A stretch of DNA of 64,000 nt from Mizuhopecten yessoensis. Lineage: Eukaryota. The translations under genes were made by a program, and so were the position numbers. Position 1 is the stretch's first letter; each line of letters opens with the position of its first letter. Below the pieces are notes generated by a model. The model made no database searches. It was not told the DNA's origin and saw nothing but the letters and a program-made list of their open reading frames with translations. The stretch covers positions 8,123 through 72,122 of the forward strand of contig NW_018408296.1 in the NCBI RefSeq assembly GCF_002113885.1, in the 5' to 3' direction. Below, one piece after another: positions 49,899 through 63,194 of the stretch.

Positions 49899-52297
49899 AA
49901 GTCAACAACTGTACGGAGACCATCTATTGCTCGAATTTTGGCCAGGAATCGGACCGATATGTTCCTCTGTATCTGTCCAACGCTGACCTAGCAGTTCTAC
50001 CTGAAAATGTGTTCCGTGGTCTGTCTGAACTGAAACAACTTGACCTGTCCAACAATATAATAACAGTTCTACCAGAAAATTTGTTCGATGAACTCTCTAA
50101 ACTTGATCAACTTTATCTGTCCGACAATAAGATAGCTGTTCTACCCGACAATGTGTTCAATGGACTGTCTGAACTTTATTTTCTTGCTCTGTCCAACAAT
50201 AAGATAGCTGTTCTACCCGACAATGTGTTCAATGGAACGTCTGGACTTTTTTTTCTTGATCTGTCCAACAATAAGATAGCTGTTCTACCCGACAATGTGT
50301 TCAATGGACTGTCTAAACTTTATGGACTTTACCTGTCCAACAATAAGATAGCTGTTCTACCCGACAATGTGTTCAATGGAACGTCTGTTCTTGCTTTTCT
50401 TGATCTGTCCAACAATAAGATGATAGCTGTTCTACCCGACAATGTGTTCAATGGACTGTCTGAACTTTATTTTCTTGCTCTGTCCAACAATAAGCTAGCT
50501 GTTCTACCCGACAATGTGTTCAATGGACTGTCTGAACTTGCACTTCTTGATCTGTCCAACAATAAGATAGGTGTTCTACCCGACAGTGTGTTCAATGGAA
50601 CGTCTGAACTTCGTTGTCTTATTCTGTCTGACAATAAAATAGCAGATCTACCTAGTCATCTGTTCAGTGAAATCACTACACTTTCACTCCTTGATTTGGC
50701 AAACAATGCACTGACTTATTTACCTGATGCAGCACTAGCCAATAATAGATTGTCTCAATTAAATATCATTGGAAACAAAATAGAAGTGTCAAAAGATATT
50801 TTTAAAGGTTTAGATCATCTTAGCAGGTTATATACTGATGTACCCTTCATATGTTGTGTCAAGCCGAGCTCGGTCGCTGACAATCATTGTTATGAAACAG
50901 ATAAACCATTATTTGATTGCTGGTTGTCTGGGTGTTCAAACACCAAAGGTGATGCGATTTCATCTTGTTCTGCTTTGGTGAGGTCGGAAGTACTTCGAGT
51001 GTGTCTTTGGATAATTGGGATAAGTGCTTTTATGGGAAACCTGCTGGTTCTATTTTATCGACTTTTCCTCGACAGTGATAATATGACAAGGAGTTATTCT
51101 TTTTTTGTATTTAACTTGGCCCTATCCGATTTACTAATGGGCGTCTACCTTATCATAATAGGAGTTGTTGATATATATTACAACGGTGTTTATGCATGGA
51201 ATGATCATATTTGGCGAAAAAGCATCTTATGTACTTTAGCTGGTGTTTTATCTAGTGTATCAAGTGAGATGTCGACGTTTCTTATTCTACTGGTAACAAT
51301 AGACAGAGTAATTGTCATAGTGTTCCCACTTTCTCGTCTTTCTAGTTGGAACATATCATGGAAAAAGGCTTTAATTTTCTCAGTTCTCTCGTGGATTGTT
51401 TCTATCACACTTGCAGTAATCCCTATTGTTACAATACAGTCCTACTTCCAAGGGGAATTTTATTCTCAGTCAAGTGTGTGTCTCGCTCTACCTTTGACAA
51501 GAGAAGAGTGGCCAGGAACGGAATATTCCTTCGCAATATTTGTTTGTCTGAACAGCAGCGTCTTTATAATAGTAGTCATAGGCCAAATCTGCATTTGCAA
51601 AAGCATGAGAAAAAGTGGTCGCCGTATTAGCTCCTCACAGAACCGTCAACGAGAGATGACTGTAGCAATTACTCTGTTCTTTGTTGTGGCCACAGACTTT
51701 TTCTGCTGGTTTCCGATTGGTGTCATGGGTAAGTTTTCCTATTCTAATTTATTAATGTATCATAATATTAAACATAATACAAGGTATGCATGTATTTAAT
51801 TCTAATTTCATGCTGAATTGGTATCTTCATTTTTCGATTTCCATTAATATATTTTGTACGTATAACAAATTGTTCTTTAACGTGAGTATGTATAGATTCA
51901 TGTGTATAAATAGCCAACTTCATGAAGCAATTTTAACCAAAATTTCATTGGTATACCATTTTATAACAGATAAAAATGTAGTTAACGAGCATACGTCATT
52001 CAGTTTAAAATGCCATTTTATCGTTTATTGTCAATAGCCCTAACAAATAGACTACTCGATTTTTCTCATATTTTTTTTAGATCGGGAGTGTTAGCATATT
52101 GTAGAAACAATTTCATAATTTACATTAAGAGCACGTGATCTGTTCCAGGAGTATTAGCAAAATGTGGAGTACGAATCCCAGATGACGTGTATGCATGGGT
52201 GATGGTGTTCGTGCTGCCTATGAACGCCGCTATCAATCCGTTTCTGTACACTGCTACAGCTATTTGGAGGAAAAGACGGAAGGTGGGTTCAGATTGA
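49899..52297 (+). CDS. leucine-rich-repeat-containing GPCR (GRL101/relaxin receptor-like)
   Basis: Exon 49899-51728: about 13 LRRs, hinge FICC..C..ISSC, TM1-6 (LWIIG..GN, NLALSDLLMGVYL, C.LAG, TIDR, VCLALP, TDFFCWFP). Exon 52149-52297: TM7 VFVLPMNAAINPFLYT, then stop. The phase-1 GT-AG join is consistent. Confidence 0.93.
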
Positions 52298-54083
52298 TTT
52301 CAAAGTACTTCTAACGATACCATTGTTTTTTTGATAAAACTTTACAATGAATGACCAAGAGTTATGTTACAGCGTACATAAGTAAGTAATTTTATGCTAT
52401 ATTTTCGGATATTTAGATTAAAATAATAAAATAGCGTATTTGCCGCTAATCCGATGTACTAACACATATCTTTCCCGGGACTACGGGCCGTATGACTTAC
52501 AAGGTAAGCGCCCTACTTTATCGGGCCTGTGAATATGCTTATTTTGTGGGAGGTAATGAGCCAAGTTGACCAGTGATGTCACAAGTGGCCATTATAAGTA
52601 CATGGCGAGTTTAGGCGTGTGTAAAATCTGATAGCATTCCTTGTTCTATACGAGAAAAGTTTGAAAAACAAGTAAGAACGTATGGAGGCACTTATAATCA
52701 ATCACTGACACATTAACTGTTTTATATGAATATTGATTTAATCACGAAGTACAATATACGTTACTCGGTCCACTTTCGAATTCAAAAAATTCCTCCAATA
52801 TGTTCGATACCTATTCAATGTATACGGTCGGATGACGTTTCATGAACTACTGTACAAAAATACTTTCAAAGCTAAGAAATGAGCCCTACAAACTCTGTAC
52901 TACATCATTGTTTAATGGAAGTATTATGCTATATTAAATAAGCTTAAGTTCGACTGTTTGCTTAATGATTTTTTTCGTTTTGTTTGTGAAGGTACCGACA
53001 ACGATGATGATACCGAAAGATCCGCCAGCAGATAAACATCATCGGTAAACAAAGTCCATCAGTGAGAAACAGCCTGCTATGTCCACGGCTGTATATACAG
53101 TTCAGTCGGTAGATAATCAACTTCAGAACACAGACAGTGTCTGCCAGTAGAGAATCAAACTCAGAGCAAAAAAAAGAGTGAATCAGTTTGAGATGCAGGT
53201 AGTGTAAGTCAGCAACGGAATACAGACAAAAGGATATCATGTTACATTTGTATAATACATATTGACTATTACTTAACCTATCTGATTGCTTTAGTTTGCT
53301 CGGTGATGAAAATGAAGAACCATGTTTTGTGAAAAATTGTTTTTGTTCTTTTTATCTTAACTTCATATGTAAATAAATATGCACTTGAAGAAAGTGATGA
53401 CTGTCTTTTGAAATTCAATTATAAGGAACAAGCAAGATTATTTGGAGGCATATACAGTATATGAAAAAATGCTTTGTACATAAATCCTCGAAAGGGTTTA
53501 TGGAAAAGAGTGCACATTTTTCGTTTTCTTTGTATAAAACTATGCATGTTGCATGGATTCGTGAAGGGTGTTATGAACAATGGTGTACACAGTTCTCTTG
53601 GTAAGTATTGTATACTCCTCAAAATAATCTTGGTCATTCCTTAATGTTTTGTAAAAAGGATGCATACAAAAATACAGAAGTCAACGAGTTCCCATTGCTG
53701 CTTGTCAAACATGCATACAACTTTATTAGTTCTCGCACCCATACAGGAAAACACAACATTATTCTTCACGATATATGTTTCAATCTTGCCAGATTTATTT
53801 TCTCTTGAAGTTATATTTTGGCCTAATTTGACATGGTGGTATATTCATCATTTTAGATACTCTATTTTGTCATTAAAATGTATTGTTTTGGTTATATTTA
53901 ATTCACTAATTATATATTTGATATTATCTTCACCGTGAAACATGTTTTATTCTTTTTTCGAACAAAGTTCATTGTGTATGAGATAGCATTAAACGTAGCT
54001 TAAGTGATGCAGAGGTCATATAAAAATGAGGTCACAGAGGTGATACTTGAAAAATATGTCGAAAATAAAGTTTCTTTTTTGAA

Positions 54084-54217
54084 TAACATTAATGTCTGAG
54101 CGAGATCAGGTTATCTTACTCTCCGGATAAAATTCTATAACATGCTAACCTCGACTTGAGACTCGTTGGGAATATGTTACAGAATCGAGTACCTGATACT
54201 GCTCAGTTACATGTTAC
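54084..54217. repeat. imperfect palindrome
   Basis: taacat..ctgagcgagatcaggt / acctgatactgctcag..atgtta; inner stem attctataacat / atgttacagaat. Confidence 0.65.
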
Positions 54218-55100
54218 AGATTATATTCATCCAGTCAAAGTACTTAGAAAATACCAATAATAACCATAATAGCAGCACAAGTCAGATTTCTTTTCACGAT
54301 GACGAATGTCTGTATTATATCAAATTTAAATGGTAAATCTATTACAAATCTTCATAAAAGAACAATTCATACCACTTGTAATGAAGATAATAAGAAACAA
54401 AACTGAAGATTTATAGAAGTTCCTCAAAAAGTGATGGTTGGTTATTATGTTTATCAAACAATTTCAAATTGCATGAGGATACAAAGTTTACCGAGAGGTT
54501 TTTAAAATTTGAATACTTAGTAATGAGAGTGAGACAAACATGATAATAACTATCGCGAGTCTGGGTGCCTTTTTCTCCTATTACCTTCGTATTTTATTTG
54601 GAAACCCACATTTTTCCATTGGAAAGTACCCAATTATTGTTTCCGATGGGGGAAACAATTGCTAGGTATAATAACGTCTAAATTGAAGATGACTTCGCAA
54701 AGACCTGTTACGGGACGTCAAATATAAAAGATTGATCAACAAAATCACGTATCCAATGAGGTGTAAGTGAGGAAACCTAGTGGTTGTGGGAGATATTTAA
54801 CAAACTTCATGTATGGTGTGCAATATCTTACTCAAAAAGTCACCAACATATTTTGCTATTTATTAAAACCAACTAATTTATCATTTAAAAGGCAACAAAG
54901 GTCAACAATATATAATTGAGAATACTTTGAAACTATGTCAATTATGATATATTTCTCAATGAAATAAACACGAGTCTTATCCTTAAACTTGTAATTTCTC
55001 ATAATCATTCTTACAAAAGATAGAGACATAACATTTAAACGTTGGACAAGCATATCATAATTTTATCTTTTTCTTGATCCCAAGGAGAACAAAAAAAAAN

Positions 55101-55134
<34 letters not shown>

Positions 55135-58100
55135 GTTGAATTTATATCAACTTAATTGTAAGGGGATGCGACAGTTACAGAGTAATTTTCCGTTGAATAT
55201 TTATTTTACACATACATGTTTAAGTTTGTTTATTTTCTATTTTAATCAAACAACATAATATACGCTTCATTATCATCAATATCCAAACAATCTACTGAGA
55301 GACCCCGACATATTGTGATGAGAAGTTTTGACTTAAAACATTGCTGTGGATTTTGTACATAAAATGTGTGACCATACTAAAGGTTCAGACAAAGTTTGGT
55401 CAATTACAACACATGTACCAACACAATAACGCTAAGTCCTTTGAGTGATCGGTGCTATCTGTCGTTATGATATAATTATTGTTTGTCGATTCCATTTTAG
55501 AACACATACCAAAAACTTCTCGAGAGTCTAATTCTTGAATCTTGTTTTTTCTGTTGTAAACTTCCAATCGTTACTTGTGCCACGGATTGCGTTAACACAC
55601 CAGAGCTTGACAAAATGACTGACATCGAAAGAGGTCAGCGCAATAAAACAGTATAACATGTCGTCACTAAAGTCACAGTCACTGGTGAAAAGTTTTCACG
55701 AAGGAACAGTGTTCGCGTGGAATTGTGTGACAGAAGAATATTGCGCAAGATCAAGAAAAGTCTGCCGGGATCAAAGGCGGAGTTAAGAGCAGCGACAAGG
55801 ACAGCCGAGACTGAACTAAGAAGACTCGCGACATTTGCAAATCAAAACCATAGAAACTGGCATGTGTTGCAAAAAAATAATAATATTATATATCATCAAC
55901 ATATAAGGACGGTTGAGGGGGAAACATAGGTACCATGCCCCATTTAACCAACAGCGAAAACCATTCCAAAAATCTCTATGGAATTTCATTTTTTATTTAT
56001 TTTTATTTTTCCTGATTATTATTTATTATTTGTCAGAGTAGGACCGTATTGAAGATCATTAATTAGTAACACATTTTTAAAAAACAGATATAATTCTATG
56101 AACACCTCTTTGCTACATATAAGTTTAGGTTGTTATACAATAATTTGGATGCCTTTCTTAAGGGATATACTGTCAAAAGCAATATTTCAGTTATTGAATG
56201 TACGTGTTTTGTGCGCTGCATATTATATTTCCTTGCTATCCATAATTGAAAATCCATTCCAAATGTCCAGTTTGTGCGGGAAACCCCTATTAAATACATC
56301 ACCGAGAACGTCCTGTGACGATTTCGAAACAAGGCAGAATCATTTCTAAACACAATCAGTGACAAGTGGGGCTCCTCGAGAGGGGGATGTATTTAGACAT
56401 TTTCTTGACCCATTTTGAAACCAACGAATAAGCTTTATGTAACTGTGTGTTGAAACTGATTGAATCACACATACAGTAAATATTTATCATCATAAGTTAG
56501 TTGTTCACATGCCAATATTCAAATGAACAAATCATGTTCGAATGGGATAAGAACGGGTCAAATTGGCACGAGAATACCCTTCTTTTTTCAAACATACACG
56601 ATCACGGGACACACCCTTTTCATCACTCTTCTAACACTGTAACAGTGTCATCATACACAAACTTACATGGACAATTCGAAAATAAAAGTACATTGTGTCA
56701 GATAGTGAAGGTGCATTATGTATCATATGTTTTTTATGACGATATAACATTTTCATTGCGATTATCTATCCTCTTGTAATGGGACATTGACTTTGTAACA
56801 AAACTGAAGGGATGGGACATATTTAAAAAAATATATTTCAAATATATTTTTCTTTTAAATATTTGTTCACAACATTAACACCACTGCGCTCGATTCCACG
56901 TCAGCTATAATCAACTTCCTACCGGCTATCCAGAAGAATACGTGTAACGGTCCGCTTGCTAGTGCATTTTATAAAACTTCCCACCAGCAATTATTGTTCC
57001 CTAACGTTATCCCTGCAATATGTTTTGACCATATTGCAACTCTTCGCTTCGTAGCTGACCCAGTAACAGTTTTAACACACTAACACTCCCACTGCAAGCC
57101 ATTTTGTTTACAATGAAATGGTGTTAAATGGGCATACATTTACCCTCTTCTTTAAGTTATTATACAATTTTATGAAAACGTATAAGCGAAATCCGACTGT
57201 CATTTTCTATTCTGAGACTCACTTGATATACGCATGCAGTATTTGAAAAACAAATCATTAAAAAAACATTTCTCCGTGATGTCCCTTTAAAATATTGTAA
57301 ACATATGTCAAAAACTATCCTCGTTGATGCTCGTAAGGCAATGAGACACTTGAATGGGTAGTCCAGGGAGAGTGTTGTGTTTTCATATGATAGGCCGTCG
57401 GTTCAAATTGATACAGTGGAGATGTTTGACCTTTAAAAAGACATCTGATAAAGCATTTGGAACATAATTTGTTCTCAAACCAAATGTCGTTAGAATTTAG
57501 TTTCTGTTTAGTTGATAGAATCGGACATGCATGACTTTCAAAACCCATATGGTCGCGATAAGGTTTTTGTTCTCATGTGAAATGCCGTTTGATATTACAT
57601 ATACTTGCATGCTATTTGTTTTGTTTGAAACACGGCATGTCAGCTTGTCAAAAAGGGTTGCTTTATGTATTTTTTGGTAATATATTTCAATATAATTAAG
57701 AACCAATCAAATTCTTATAGATACTATGGAAGCGATACGTTTGGTATCCTTACAAAATACTTCAGTATCCTGATGGGAAAAAATGTAACACCTTCGTACA
57801 AGAGACAGGAATACAACGTCGTCTTATTAAAAAACAAAGTATCTACAGAAGTCAAGGATTGTGGCAATTTGAATATCTCGTCTATCAAGCATGTTGTAAA
57901 ACATGAACTGGATATTCTTTGATAATTTTGGAGAAGACAAAGCTAAAACTTTGGGGCCAGACCAGTCCAATTTACAATCTGCCACTGCATCAGCTTACAT
58001 AACATATTACATGAGCACATGGCATGCTGATTCACAATTTGGAGAAATAATCCATAGTTTTGCAACGTTTACATGTATTCTACATAAACTTTTCTAGGTA

Positions 58101-59368
58101 AAACGTTTTGATATATACTTGATAATTGAAAGACGTATATCTAACTTATTACATAAAAATCACTGCTGAGAATGAGATAGGCCTTCTGCTTCCAGTAAGC
58201 AGTAGGTGTACACATAAAAACGCCCTTAGATAATCAAAGTTGTGGTGAAACTGTTTTCCTGTGTGCCAAAATTTAGGTACGAACGAACATATTTTCTCCC
58301 ATCATGTTCCAATACTATGTTGAAATCAATACTTATCTGATTTGCAAGTGACCTCTCGTACCCTCGAGAGCTGATTGTGACGTCACATATAATTGTTCTC
58401 CTGACGCCTTGCTATGTCTTCTTTTTACGTCATACTTGTCACACCTTAGGGGATGACAAACGAATCGTGAACTGGTAAAACAGGAGATAATTATTTGAAT
58501 GAAGTGAAAAGAGACAATCGAATGTCAAAGCTGTAAAAAATATTATATCGATTTGTTTTCTTTACAATAAAACCAATACATCAGCGTTGTAAGATAGACA
58601 AGCGAAATCATGGTCCAATCTGCTTATGGTAAAACATAAAAACTTAAATAACAATGCATATTTATTTCGTGGTAGCAATATGCAATTTGATTATTTATGA
58701 TAAAAAAATATTATTACATGTTGAAGGGCCCATCAACATAGGAAAGGTAATTTGGGCCAAGAAATGGTCGGTAAAATGTAAAATAAACATGACGAAGGAA
58801 TATGTAATAACAAAACGTCAACTTGAACTAGTAAAGAGGATATTGTGACACATATCTTCTGGAAACAGACCACCAGCATTCCGACAGTGTCAACTTGTAG
58901 ATACATTCAATGTTATATGTCTCAAAACGAACACGGAAGTGTAACGATACTAGATGGGACAACAACATATATATACTGTTTGTGAAATTGTAATAGGAAA
59001 TCTTTAAACGTTAAAAGACAGTAAAGTACAGGTTACGCATCTAAATAACGTATGTAGTGTAACATTACGTCAATGGGATATAAACATTGCTGTGTATGCA
59101 TTGTTTGCAAACATTGACGACGTTAATCAATTTAACAGTGATTGCACAGAAGTCGGACGAGTATTAGATATCTAATATTGATTTTATGAGTGGATGTTTT
59201 CCCTCATGTCCTTTCGGAGGTATCAGTGTACAGTAGAAATGGCCAGATTCTAAAAGTAATCGTCATGTCTCAGATACACATGGATATTGGTTTTACTCTG
59301 CATAACACATCTGCATACATATATATTATTTTTTATAAACTAGATTTTAAACACATTGCTTTTAGTAA

Positions 59369-60111
59369 AACAGGCACAGAGAGCCTGTATCGATCACCTG
59401 GATAATAAAGCAACTATGGAAATTATTTCTACTACATATACTATTTTTTTGCCCCCATGAATTGGGGTGGATTTTAAACATTAACTTCAGTTTCCACTAT
59501 TGAGCCCTGTCCTCTACCCTCTCAAAGCAATCCTCTATTTATATAAAGTTGCATCCTCTTTGCCCAAGGATGCCCTACACAAAATATGGTTAAAATCCCT
59601 CGAAATCAACTGAAGGAGAAGGGTTTTCAACATTAATTACATTGTTCCCCTATCCCCTCTGTACTCAATGGGGCCAGACCCTCCGTTTATACAAATCTAG
59701 TCACATTTGCCAAAGAATGCCAAAGTATAAAGGCAAAATTTGGATAAAATCCCTCCAAGGGTACAGAAATAAAGGATTTAAAAGATTGTCCCCAAATTCA
59801 CCAATTGGACCCCACCACTCTGCACCCAGAGGGGTCATACCCTCCAATTATACATAAATGAGTCCCCTTCTTTGCCCAACGGATGCTCCGGTTCAAATTT
59901 GGATAAAATCCCTCTAATGGTACATATGAAGGAGGGGCCACACTCTCCCTTTCATACAAAATTGGGTCCCCTTTGCAAAAAAGGATGCCCCTGGCCAAAT
60001 TTGGTTAAAACTCATAAGGCCGTTCCGGACTATTAGCGTTTGAAAGGAAAAGTTAACGGACGGACGACCGACGCCGCAGTTTGGCATAAGCTCCTTCGGA
60101 CCATGTTAGCC
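59369..60111 (+). mobile_element. degenerate Helentron/HINE-type element
   Basis: 5' aacaggcacagagagcctgtatcgatcacctgg; degenerate units; ggacggacg..ggcataagctc 3' end. Confidence 0.7.
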
Positions 60112-63100
60112 AAAAATGAAATCTGGTTTTAAGAAATATATCCCCAAGATTTCGGTTTTGTGAAAGAAATGAATCCCACATAAAAAACCCACTTAAGTCC
60201 AAAAAAATCACAAAACAAAACAAACAAAACATGATTTTACCCCAAAATTTTAACTCCACAGAGAAATACGCATTTGTAATTCGATTATTCGCAATGTTTA
60301 CACATGTGCTGGATACATAAGTAGGCTACATGGAACAGCTTTTGTTGTGTAGACACATATTTGTAAATGGTCAAATAGTCAACTTTATCATGCATTATTT
60401 CAAATAACTTGTTTCATAAATGTTGTGAAAATGAATAAATTTAATGTTTATATAACCAGCTATTGTCAGTCGAGTTATCTCCCTTTACATACAACTAAAA
60501 AAACGAATAATGTTGTTGCCTGTTTCAGAGTTAGAACAATATAACTTAAGCAAAGCTACTGTAAAAAATATTTAAAAGGAATATCAATCCAGTCAGTAAA
60601 AATACATAATGGTATTCACTTTAACAACAGAGTAGCTCGTGCTCACATTTATAATTAGTTGTATGCCGTATCTCATCGGACAGCTGTAATTTGCGGAAAT
60701 GTTTGGGAATTTGGGACCAGACCTGTGTGCCTTAAACAGAACTTATTGGTACTTGTAAGTATACCAAAACAAGAGATAAAAGACATATGATGGGCGGTGA
60801 ATCTTGTGGATCAAGACGTTTCAATATGGAGAGAATTTGCGAAACACAATGTTATACATGAAATAAGCATCAGTAATGCCCTAAAAGAAAAGAGAAAGAA
60901 AAGAAAAACAAGAAGAAGCACAATCTTAAGAATACACGTTAATGATATAATTATAAACAAAGCCGAAACAGCATAGAATGATTTTAACAAGGACATTTTA
61001 CATTGCATCAACTGTGAGAAGTTTTCAATTCAATTTTACTTATTCACTCTCTGTAAAAGTACGGTGAAGATGAATTTTTTTAATTTAATAAAACTTCTTG
61101 ATTACTAGATTTTGAATAGTAGCGCAGTTATCTTACTTTATTGCTTTTATTCAATTTTGCCAAGGTTTCAGCTTTTTTTAAAATAACAACTGCTTCCTGT
61201 GATAAGGATTCTTTTATTGAGGACTTTTGGAAACAAATCTCTCACAAGTTTCCTTAGCATCTATTTAAGGGGAAATATTAATCCTGTATTTCATAAATTA
61301 TATAAGGTGTCTTATATACTATATAAAGTGTACATAAAATAAATATTCATGAAAGATCTCATATACCACATACAGGTGTCATCAGTTATAACGAAAGTAT
61401 AGTCGAATATGGGCACTCGATCCGAACAAACGAGTGTCACCGGGTCAGTATGATATAATTGTATAGTTATAAGTATTTTGTGTTGTGTCTACCTGTGTAT
61501 CGTAATGTGGAAAGTACCTTGTTACTATTCATAGTTCAGACTGGGTCCTACACGTGTTGTGTCTCGGTCGTCTCTATATGTCCGTATTTGGTGTTGTTGA
61601 TGAGTTATATGTAAATTAGGGTGTGAGTTTTTAAGAAAGCATGCAAGTGTGAGCTAGAGTATTAATAAACGAGTAATACACCGTGCTAGTTCGCAGTTGG
61701 CCGTTTATCGTGAGACAGAACGTATCCTCTGGGGTCCCGCCTGCACAGCCCAGCCGTACTCGTAAATGAGTGACTATTATATAGACATGATTTTACCGGA
61801 CCTTGACAGTCTCGGAAGGTATCTTTAATATGTATAATGGAAGGTAGTCATAAATTGGAATATTTAATTCAAAGTATATAATTAAATATTGGACTTGTCA
61901 GACATAGGTATTTTATACGGCAACATACTAATTCTAGGCCATATTTTGTATTGTAGGGGTTTTCTGTATGAATCTGCGTGATACTCCGGTCATCAATAAA
62001 TTTGACTCGAAACTGTGGAGTTTTTATTCAAAAAATGTCCTGTGACACAAATGTCAGCCTCATCTTTAAGATTCGCTATCGAGCCTTATTTAAACTATTG
62101 CTGTGCATTAGTCCAACGTCCTGCTCTCGCCAATATAAGGTGTTTGTTATTATTCCTTTGTAAGTTCTCAAACGGTGTAATGGATAACCTTTACTATTGC
62201 TGTACACTTGTCACACAACACACCGCAATTGTCGTCTGCTCTGTCATTCTCGAAATTACCTTCTCTACACTCCTGGAATAGGTTATGACAAATTCGAAGG
62301 CTCGAAGTAAGCTATTTGATTTGTTTCATGCATAAAAACCTGACCAATCGCTAGGTTGATGCTGGTCCTATGAAGATTATTGTTGATATGTTCGCTTGTA
62401 AAACGGTCTATCATTATGAAGGATTAGGATGAAGTGAGCTCTATAACCGTCTGTTACAATGGGTTCTGGTTACGTACTCTCTAATGTCTCAATTATAAGA
62501 AATGAACATTAATTCACTAGTAGACAAAATGCAGATTACCTCCCTTGTCACTAATAATTCCTGAATTGAAATAAAAACGTGTCCCAAAACTAACAAATGA
62601 CCCTAGCTGTTAATAGGACATAAAACAAAATCAAACCAAACCAAACCAAAGCAAAAGCTAACAGTCGCGAGTTAAAATGTGATCAAATAGATGCAACAAA
62701 CGCCATTAAACGGTAATGTATTGGTGACGTCATTCGGTGGTTGAAGTTATTTTCATTGGCGTTTGTATCATATTGAATCACTTTAAATGCCAAGAAATAA
62801 ACCAATTGTTTTAATAGTTTGATTGTAGAAAGTCAAACAAATTCAATTTTCACCACAACATATAACCATTTTGTCCAATTAGGAAGTTATGCAGTGGACA
62901 GTATATATCAGAGGCTGGGATTAACCTGGCCTAGGGTATATTTGGGAATATTATATTAACGACAACAAGATTTATTAATTAATTAAAGAAAGGTTTATTG
63001 ATATTTTTAGAGAAGAATGTGCAGAAAAAAATAGAATATTCCCAAAAGCAATTTTTTATAGATATATTTACGATCATTTTGATCTGCAAAACTACTTGCG

Positions 63101-63194
63101 TAAACCCATACAAAAAGAAGATCTGAAAGAAAAAAAAAATATCTACTCATAACTTAAACTTAGAAAAAGGGCGATATCAAAACATAATATATTT

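Noticed and set aside
56800-57290. Possible TTAA-type MITE
   Set aside because: Only the right end (gtccctttaa) is convincing; the left TIR is too degraded.
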